The translations under genes and the position numbers were made by a program. This document shows, one piece after another, positions 1 to 9,813 of a stretch of 13,784 nucleotides of DNA; position 1 is the stretch's first letter; the number at the start of each line of letters is the position of its first letter. Source of the stretch: Eledone cirrhosa (Eukaryota); NCBI GenBank assembly GCA_964016885.1, contig CAXHJY010000016.1, forward strand, positions 1 to 13,784. The letters run 5' to 3'. The notes beneath the pieces are model-generated. The model ran no database searches, was not told the origin of the DNA, and saw only the letters and a list, made by a program, of their open reading frames with translations.

Positions 1-14
1 ACACACACACACAC
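1..14. repeat. (AC)n microsatellite, truncated by the window edge
   Basis: ACACACACACACAC at 1-14. Confidence 0.85.
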
Positions 15-39
15 TTGTTGTGAAAGAGTCATTTCTGAA

Positions 40-269
40 TCTTGGCGCAAAACCAATTTTTTTATCCACATGACCTCTACCGACCAATCAAAATTGTTTT
101 GACCAAGAATTTTTGCTGGAGCCACTTTTTTTAAATAAAAACAGTCTTGGCGCAAAATCAACTTTTTACATTCACATGACCTCTACCGACCAATCAAAAT
201 TGTTTTGACCACAAGCATTTTTGCAACACAAAAATAACGCTGGGGCCACTTTTTTTAACATAAAAACAG
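40..269. repeat. Imperfect tandem duplication, two copies (40-144 and 145-269)
   Basis: Both copies start TCTTGGCGCAAAA, share CACATGACCTCTACCGACCAATCAAAATTGTTTTGACCA and end GCCACTTTTTTTAA..TAAAAACAG. Copy 2 is about 20 bp longer. Confidence 0.85.
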
Positions 270-525
270 GTAGAATTCCCAAAACTAATCAGATCAGAGC
301 AAACAGCACGGTCACTCTATCTCAAAATTATTTTTGAAAAGCATTTAGAAATGCGCAACCGGTAAAAACTTAAAAACTAACCACAACTGAATACTAACCC
401 ATACAATCACTAATACTCTTTTATTCCTAATTAAACCATTTTTCAACTGTGAACAATTTGTCAGCATTTTCTATTCCGTTTACCAATATATAATAACTTG
501 TGTGTTACACCTCTATTCTGTTAAC

Positions 526-2182
<1,657 letters not shown>

Positions 2183-2212
2183 AGAATCAAAGAACTGTTC
2201 AAAACATTATTG

Positions 2213-2259
2213 TGCTTACAGCTGTTTCCTCCAAACCGAGGTTTGGATTCTTCGGAGCA
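2213..2259 (-). ncRNA. Degenerate type I hammerhead ribozyme (PLE type)
   Basis: Minus strand reads UGCU-CCGAAGA-A-UCCAAAC-CUCG-GUUUGGA-G-GAA-ACAGCUGU-A-AGCA: stem I UGCU/AGCA, 7-bp stem II, palindromic stem III ACAGCUGU, GUA cleavage triplet. Deviations: U4 is C, and 10.1-11.1 is an A.G mismatch. Confidence 0.7.
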
Positions 2260-2314
2260 ATTTATTAATGCATGGACAGTTATATGACCTCCTTTTCAGC
2301 CGAGAGACATACCA

Positions 2315-2350
2315 ATACATATTCAAACATTGATACATATTCAAACATTG
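2315..2350. repeat. Perfect 18-bp tandem duplication
   Basis: ATACATATTCAAACATTG at 2315-2332 and 2333-2350. Confidence 0.9.
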
Positions 2351-2665
2351 TGGGTCAACATTCATTACAGAATTTAGAGTGGCAGTACACACTTCGAGAT
2401 TACATTTATATTAATAGGTACAATCAAAAATCAAAGATATAGGTTAAAGTACAACATGAAGATAAGTGGTTATATAGTGCAAATGTTATATGTGTGGCAC
2501 GCATGTGCGTCTTGTTTATATAGTGTGGCAGAGAGATATGTGTGGTAGAGGCACTTAGGTAGGTAAATAAGAGTGTTAGGTTGGTAGATCTGGTGGCAAA
2601 GTCTTTATATGATTGATATAGTCTGTGTGTGGAGAAATATTATAAGCATTAAAGATAGTGCAAGC

Positions 2666-2860
2666 ATTAAAAGTGTTATAAGTATTGGAGATGCACAGCG
2701 CAGGGATGTCAAGTAATTCATGTACTTCGGCATTTTCATGGTCAAGGGAGTGTATATTTCGATTATATGCCTTTCACATAATCACGACAATCCAGTTAGA
2801 GATCGTAGTCTGGTGTTCTTTAGTTCGATACAGGAGGTTGTTACGTTTCGAGAAACCCCA
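2666..2860 (-). pseudogene. Possible GIY-YIG endonuclease C-terminal remnant (PLE)
   Basis: One frame reads WGFSKRNNLLYRTKEHQTTISNWIVVIM*KAYNRNIHSLDHENAEVHELLDIPALCISNTYNTFN. By eye this resembles the PLE pattern YIGxTxRxLxxRxKEH...HxIDWENAxIL...ExLxI...N. It has an internal stop and is highly diverged. Confidence 0.45.
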
Positions 2861-3265
2861 TTGAATACCGGAAGTGTGTGTGTGGCTAAGGGGAGTTAAT
2901 GCATGCGGGGAGGTAACTCTGGGGTTTCTATATCTAGCCATTAAAATGTGTCCCAATATAGACCCTAAATTCTATGGTGAGGTGCACCTTCCAAGAGAGA
3001 CTTTTAAAGCATAAAGTGTACTAACTATAGAGTAGTTTAACTAAATTATGCTGAAGGTGATCATATTATTATTAAGGTGGATTAACCCATCATAATGTGC
3101 TACAAATGGAAATTATAGATGATGAGCGAGGATTCTAAATTAATGATCTCTGTGGTTGTAGTCTGCTCATATGACCAGGCGCGGTGATTGCAGGATTGCT
3201 TCAGGACCCAATGATCTCTGGTAAGATCTGGGTCATCACTTGCTACATTGGATGTCGAAAGATAA

Positions 3266-5569
3266 TCGTCCCCAGGCAGGCCAAAGGTCAATCCAACAGA
3301 GACAAAACCACCAAGAAGCTCCGGGACGCTATCCAACCTTAACTTCTACAAGGCTAACTGGAAAAAGATTAAGAGTGAAATCCGGAAGCAAACATGGAGT
3401 GAAAACATCGCCACACAAGACACTAACACACAATTTAAACACTTCATGACAACGATACACACCATATGCAAAAAGTGTGTCCCGGAGAAAGAGGCAAACA
3501 GACACAAAAATCTTATTCCCAGAGATAGTAAAATCCTTATGAGACGTAGAACTAAACTCTCAAACCAGTTGAATAGTCAACAAAACCAAAACAAGAAGGA
3601 ATCCTATTTGAAACGTGCACTACTTGACACCGAGATTGCACTCAAACTTTCACATGAGAATGAGAGGGCAAAGAAAGAGAACAGGGCCATAGAAAACATT
3701 AAAACAAACCATAAGGCCTTCTTTAAATTTGCAAAAGAAACTGCCTCAGTACACTGCAAGATTGGACCACTCTTCCACACGGACGGTTCATTAACCGAAA
3801 ATCCCCAAGAGATATGTGAAATACTGAACGAACAGTACAAAAGTGTCTTCACATGTCCACTGAGGCACATGCAAATAACGAAGCCAGAGGAGTTCTTTGA
3901 TGCCACAACACTACATCAAGAAATGGCAACCATCAACCACATAGACATAACGGAGGAGGATGTGGTGTACGCCATTGATGAAATTAGAACAGACTCGGCT
4001 GCTGGACATGATGGACTCCCAGCAGTTCTCCTAAAAATATGTAAGCGGGCCTTAGCAACTCCACTGAAGATGCTCTTCAGAAGCTCCTTGGCTAGCGGTG
4101 TACTACCCAGGGAGCTGAAAGAAGGCACAATATGCCCTATCTATAAAGGAGGTAGTAGAGCGGAGGCCAAGAACTATAGGCCAGTCTCCCTGACGTCGCA
4201 TATCAGTAAGGTCATGGAGCGAGTCGTCAGAAAGAAACTAATCACTTTCCTCGAAGAAAATGACCGCCTAACTAGCACGCAACATGGCTTCCGCCCAGGA
4301 AAAAGCTGCCTTACACAGCTGCTACATCACTACGACTGGGTACTGAGACAACTACTAGACAGCTCACATGTGAACGTGATATATCTTGACTTTGCGAAGG
4401 CCTTTGACAAGGTCGACCACGGAATGATATGTCACAAACTACACGGAATCGGCATAACTGGAAAAGTAGGTGAGTGGCTGCATGGCTTCCTAAGGGACAG
4501 AAGCCAGGCAGTCGCAGCAAATGGGGCCCTCTCGAGGGAAACAACGATAACAAGTGGGGTGCCCCAGGGGACAGTCCTGGGACCACTACTGTTTTTGGTG
4601 GCTCTCTCGGACATGCCCTCTGTGGTGCATGCAACAACATCCCTCACTAGCTATGGTGATGACACTAAGGTAGCACAGGCAATCAAAAACCCGGCTGACG
4701 CTGCCCTTTTACAGCAGGATCTGGATGCCATATACAGATGGGCGGAAGAAAACAACATGCAGTTTAATGCTGGCAAATTCCAAGCCCTACAATACAAACC
4801 TGCAAACACAAACACAAATATAGTGGAACACAGCTACACAGGACCAGGAGGGACCGATATCCCCGTGTCAAAATCGATACGAGACCTGGGCATAGACATG
4901 AGCGATGATGCATCTTTTTCTTCACACATCATGAAGGTGGCGACAACATGTAGACGATTCGCTGGCTGGATCTTGAGGACTTTCCTTACAAGAGATCGAG
5001 ACACCATGTTGACACTGTGGAGGACTTTTGTCTTAAGCCGCCTGGACTACTGCTCCCAGCTGTGGTCACCCCATAGTGTCAAACTAACCACGGAGCTTGA
5101 GGCAATCCAGCGAAGCTACACCAAGAGGATTGCCAAGATGAGGGAGACAAGCTACTGGGAGAGGCTAAAGGAACTGAACTTCTACTCCTTGGAGCGAAGA
5201 CGAGAGAGATACGCAGTGATCTACATGTGGAAAATCCTGGAGGGACTAGCACCAAACTTTGGCATTGGGAGCTGAACCAACCGTCGAACAGGACGTCACT
5301 GTGTGGTGCCAAAGGTCCCGTCTTCCACATCTAGAATAAGGAGCAGGTATTGCAATAGCCTGGGATTCAAGGGCCCTCAACTCTTCAACAGGCTGCCGAG
5401 GTATCTGCGAGACTTGCATGACGTGGACGTGGATGTCTTTAAGAAACATCTCGACACCTTGTTATCCAGGATCCCGGATGAGCCCACAGCAAGACACGAG
5501 GGAAACCTAAGGGCAGCAGCAACAAACTCCCTCCTACACCAGTGGCCAACCTATACAGGCTGGAGATAA
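3266..5569 (+). pseudogene. LINE ORF2 reverse transcriptase, N-terminally truncated, with an in-frame TGA at 5273-5275
   Basis: The frame is open upstream of ATG 3446 (TLSNLNFYKANWKKI). Motifs: PIYKGG, NYRPVSLTS, QHGFRPGKSC, YLDFAKAFDKVDH, SGVPQGTVLGPLLF, YGDD, RDLGI, LDYCSQLWSP, YSLERRRERY. Track ORFs 3446-5275 and 5303-5569 are the same frame, linked by *TNRRTGRHC. Confidence 0.92.
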
Positions 5570-5585
5570 AATGTGTAGCAACAAG

Positions 5586-5643
5586 GGCGGTGCCCCAGCA
5601 TGGCCTCAGCTGGATGGCTGAAACAGGTAAAGGAGTAAAATAG
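5586..5643 (+). other. LINE 3' tail: two stem-loops and short terminal repeats (putative RT recognition signal)
   Basis: GGCGGTGC-CCCA-GCATGGCC (5586-5605) and TCAGCT-GGAT-GGCTGA (5606-5621), then GTAAAGGAGTAAAATAGTA. Confidence 0.6.
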
Positions 5644-5810
5644 TATATATATACATATATATATACATACATATATATATATATACATACATATATATAT
5701 ATATACATACATATATATATATATACATACATACATATATATACATACATACATATATATACATACATACATATATATACATACATACATATATATACAT
5801 ACATACATAC

Positions 5811-5845
<35 letters not shown>

Positions 5846-5932
5846 CATATATATACATATATATATATACATATATATACATATATATATATACATATAT
5901 ATACATATATATATATATATACATATATATAC

Positions 5933-5985
<53 letters not shown>

Positions 5986-6514
5986 CATATATATACATAC
6001 ATATATATATATATATACATATATATACATATATATATATATACATACATATATATACATATATATACATACATATATATATATATATACATATATATAC
6101 ATATATATATATATACATACATATATATACATATATATACATATACATACATATATATACATATATATACATATATATACATATATATATACATATATAT
6201 ACACATATATATATACATATATATACATATATATATATATATATACATATATATATACATATATATACATATATATATACATATATATACATATATATAT
6301 ATATATACATATATACATATATATATATATATACATATATATACATATATATATATATATACATATATACATATATATATATATATACATATATATATAC
6401 ATATATATATATATATACATATATACATATATATATATATATACATATATATATACATATATATATATATATACATATATATACATATATATATATATAT
6501 ACATATATATATAC

Positions 6515-6553
<39 letters not shown>

Positions 6554-6564
6554 CATATATATAC

Positions 6565-6623
<59 letters not shown>

Positions 6624-6634
6624 CATATATATAC

Positions 6635-6669
<35 letters not shown>

Positions 6670-6738
6670 CATATATATACATATATATACATATATACAT
6701 ATATATACATATATACATATATATACATATATATATAC

Positions 6739-6802
<64 letters not shown>
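5644..6802. repeat. Compound (TA)n/(TACA)n microsatellite, ~1.16 kb
   Basis: TA runs interrupted by C only on the + strand. Explains the minus-strand track ORFs at 5439-6889. Confidence 0.98.
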
Positions 6803-6804
<2 letters not shown>

Positions 6805-6961
6805 TGGAATAAATGCTCTGAAATAGCGATATATATGTGAATATAGACATAGAATATTCGAAAATATTCTGTATGTTTATAATAAACATTTTGAAGACCT
6901 AATCGCTATAGAATAGAATACGTCACGTATTACAATTAGATTCTCGATAAAAGCAAGGGAA

Positions 6962-7004
6962 GTAATCTACGCGTTTCATTCTTGTTAGAATTCATCAGGA
7001 CTAC
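6962..7004 (-). ncRNA. Type I hammerhead ribozyme (first of 8 minus-strand copies)
   Basis: The reverse complement reads GUAGUC CUGAUGA AUUCU AACA AGAAU GAA ACGCGU A GAUUAC. Further 43-nt copies have left ends at 7272, 7582, 7892, 8202, 8512, 8822 and 9135. Confidence 0.92.
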
Positions 7005-9134
7005 ATATCCAGTGCTTTTATCGAGAATGACACAGCTAGAGACTTATAGAATACTTAGCTGTGTACAGGAACTGGTTTGAAAGAGCGGTTGCCGGTCCGG
7101 CAGAAATTAGAAATTGGAATAAATGCTCTGAAATAGCGATATATATGTGAATATAGACATAGAATATTCGAAAATATTCTGTATGTTTATAATAAACATT
7201 TTGAAGACCTAATCGCTATAGAATAGAATACGTCACGTATTACAATTAGATTCTCGATAAAAGCAAGGGAAGTAATCTACGCGTTTCATTCTTGTTAGAA
7301 TTCATCAGGACTACATATCCAGTGCTTTTATCGAGAATGACACAGCTAGAGACTTATAGAATACTTAGCTGTGTACAGGAACTGGTTTGAAAGAGCGGTT
7401 GCCGGTCCGGCAGAAATTAGAAATTGGAATAAATGCTCTGAAATAGCGATATATATGTGAATATAGACATAGAATATTCGAAAATATTCTGTATGTTTAT
7501 AATAAACATTTTGAAGACCTAATCGCTATAGAATAGAATACGTCACGTATTACAATTAGATTCTCGATAAAAGCAAGGGAAGTAATCTACGCGTTTCATT
7601 CTTGTTAGAATTCATCAGGACTACATATCCAGTGCTTTTATCGAGAATGACACAGCTAGAGACTTATAGAATACTTAGCTGTGTACAGGAACTGGTTTGA
7701 AAGAGCGGTTGCCGGTCCGGCAGAAATTAGAAATTGGAATAAATGCTCTGAAATAGCGATATATATGTGAATATAGACATAGAATATTCGAAAATATTCT
7801 GTATGTTTATAATAAACATTTTGAAGACCTAATCGCTATAGAATAGAATACGTCACGTATTACAATTAGATTCTCGATAAAAGCAAGGGAAGTAATCTAC
7901 GCGTTTCATTCTTGTTAGAATTCATCAGGACTACATATCCAGTGCTTTTATCGAGAATGACACAGCTAGAGACTTATAGAATACTTAGCTGTGTACAGGA
8001 ACTGGTTTGAAAGAGCGGTTGCCGGTCCGGCAGAAATTAGAAATTGGAATAAATGCTCTGAAATAGCGATATATATGTGAATATAGACATAGAATATTCG
8101 AAAATATTCTGTATGTTTATAATAAACATTTTGAAGACCTAATCGCTATAGAATAGAATACGTCACGTATTACAATTAGATTCTCGATAAAAGCAAGGGA
8201 AGTAATCTACGCGTTTCATTCTTGTTAGAATTCATCAGGACTACATATCCAGTGCTTTTATCGAGAATGACACAGCTAGAGACTTATAGAATACTTAGCT
8301 GTGTACAGGAACTGGTTTGAAAGAGCGGTTGCCGGTCCGGCAGAAATTAGAAATTGGAATAAATGCTCTGAAATAGCGATATATATGTGAATATAGACAT
8401 AGAATATTCGAAAATATTCTGTATGTTTATAATAAACATTTTGAAGACCTAATCGCTATAGAATAGAATACGTCACGTATTACAATTAGATTCTCGATAA
8501 AAGCAAGGGAAGTAATCTACGCGTTTCATTCTTGTTAGAATTCATCAGGACTACATATCCAGTGCTTTTATCGAGAATGACACAGCTAGAGACTTATAGA
8601 ATACTTAGCTGTGTACAGGAACTGGTTTGAAAGAGCGGTTGCCGGTCCGGCAGAAATTAGAAATTGGAATAAATGCTCTGAAATAGCGATATATATGTGA
8701 ATATAGACATAGAATATTCGAAAATATTCTGTATGTTTATAATAAACATTTTGAAGACCTAATCGCTATAGAATAGAATACGTCACGTATTACAATTAGA
8801 TTCTCGATAAAAGCAAGGGAAGTAATCTACGCGTTTCATTCTTGTTAGAATTCATCAGGACTACATATCCAGTGCTTTTATCGAGAATGACACAGCTAGA
8901 GACTTATAATAGAATACTTAGCTGTGTACAGGAACTGGTTTGAAAGAGCGGTTGCCGGTCCGGCAGAAATTAGAAATTGGAATAAATGCTCTGAAATAGC
9001 GATATATATGTGAATATAGACATAGAATATTCGAAAATATTCTGTATGTTTATAATAAACATTTTGAAGACCTAATCGCTATAGAATAGAATACGTCACG
9101 TATTACAATTAGATTCTCGACAAAAGCAAGGGAA

Positions 9135-9177
9135 GTAATCTACGCGTTTCATTCTCGTTAGAAATCATCAGGACTAC
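9135..9177 (-). ncRNA. Type I hammerhead ribozyme, variant copy
   Basis: Same core, with changes at 9164 (first base of stem II, A to U in ribozyme sense) and 9156 (loop II AACA to AACG). Confidence 0.85.
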
Positions 9178-9269
9178 ATATCCAGTGCTTTTATCGAGAA
9201 TGACACAGCTAGAGACTTATAGAATACTTAGCTGTGTACAGGAACTGGTTTGAAAGAGCGGTTGCCGGT

Positions 9270-9368
9270 CCGGCAGAAATTAGAAATTGGAATAAATGCT
9301 CTGAAATAGCGATATATATGTGAATATAGACATAGAATATTCGAAAATATTCTGTATGTTTATAATAA
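9270..9368. other. 99-bp spacer at the centre of the array-scale inverted repeat
   Basis: Position 9269 mirrors 9369. The junction reads ...TATAATAA-AC-CGGCAACC, with AC (9369-9370) shared by both arms. Confidence 0.9.
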
Positions 9369-9460
9369 ACCGGCAACCGCTCTTTCAAACCAGTTCCTGT
9401 ACACAGCTAAGTATTCTATAAGTCTCTAGCTGTGTCATTCTCGATAAAAGCACTGGATAT

Positions 9461-9503
9461 GTAGTCCTGATGATTTCTAACGAGAATGAAACGCGTAGAT
9501 TAC
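9461..9503 (+). ncRNA. Type I hammerhead ribozyme, variant copy (mirror of 9135-9177)
   Basis: GTAGTC CTGATGA TTTCT AACG AGAAT GAA ACGCGT A GATTAC, with A>T at 9474 and A>G at 9482. Confidence 0.85.
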
Positions 9504-9770
9504 TTCCCTTGCTTTTGTCGAGAATCTAATTGTAATACGTGACGTATTCTATTCTATAGCGATTAGGTCTTCAAAATGTTTATTATAAACATACAGAATA
9601 TTTTCGAATATTCTATGTCTATATTCACATATATATCGCTATTTCAGAGCATTTATTCCAATTTCTAATTTCTGCCGGACCGGCAACCGCTCTTTCAAAC
9701 CAGTTCCTGTACACAGCTAAGTATTCTATAAGTCTCTAGCTGTGTCATTCTCGATAAAAGCACTGGATAT

Positions 9771-9813
9771 GTAGTCCTGATGAATTCTAACAAGAATGAA
9801 ACGCGTAGATTAC
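9771..9813 (+). ncRNA. Type I hammerhead ribozyme, consensus copy (representative of the plus-strand copies)
   Basis: Stem I 9771-9776/9808-9813, CTGATGA 9777-9783, stem-loop II 9784-9797, GAAA 9798-9801, palindromic ACGCGT 9801-9806, predicted cleavage after A9807. Other copies start at 10081, 10391, 10701, 11011, 11322, 11632, 11942, 12252, 12562, 12872, 13182 and 13492. Confidence 0.93.

Larger units (their letters stand above)
3266..5643 (+). mobile_element. 5'-truncated non-LTR retrotransposon (LINE, CR1/L2 group)
   Basis: RT-bearing ORF2 fragment with no APE endonuclease domain or ORF1, then a ~70-bp 3' UTR ending in GTAAAGGA-GTAAAATA-GTA short repeats. The 5' boundary is taken as the first codon after the in-frame TAA at 3263-3265. 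No target-site duplication found. Confidence 0.9.
6803..9370 (-). mobile_element. Left arm of the 310-bp hammerhead tandem array (non-LTR retrozyme / ribozyme satellite), ~8.3 units, ribozyme sense on the minus strand
   Basis: ATTGGAATAAATGC recurs at 6803, 7113, 7423, 7733, 8043, 8353, 8663, 8976 and 9286. Period is 310 bp, with one 3-bp insertion at about 8909-8911. No ORF. Confidence 0.9.

Noticed and set aside
3100-3265. 5'-inverted LINE endonuclease segment or a second PLE fragment on the minus strand
   Set aside because: No APE motifs (GDFN, SDH) were found. The resemblance of INLESSLI to PLE C-termini is too weak to call.
3240-5449. Short alternative-frame and antisense ORFs within the LINE
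   Set aside because: Shadows of the RT frame with no recognisable motifs.
5439-6889. Three minus-strand ORFs of 413-439 aa
   Set aside because: Same microsatellite artefact.
9270-9368. Inversion as a simple sequencing fold-back or missed adapter
   Set aside because: The arms are unequal, the microsatellite is not mirrored near 11835, outer variants are not mirrored, and the spacer is repeat sequence rather than adapter. A misassembly still needs a read-level check.
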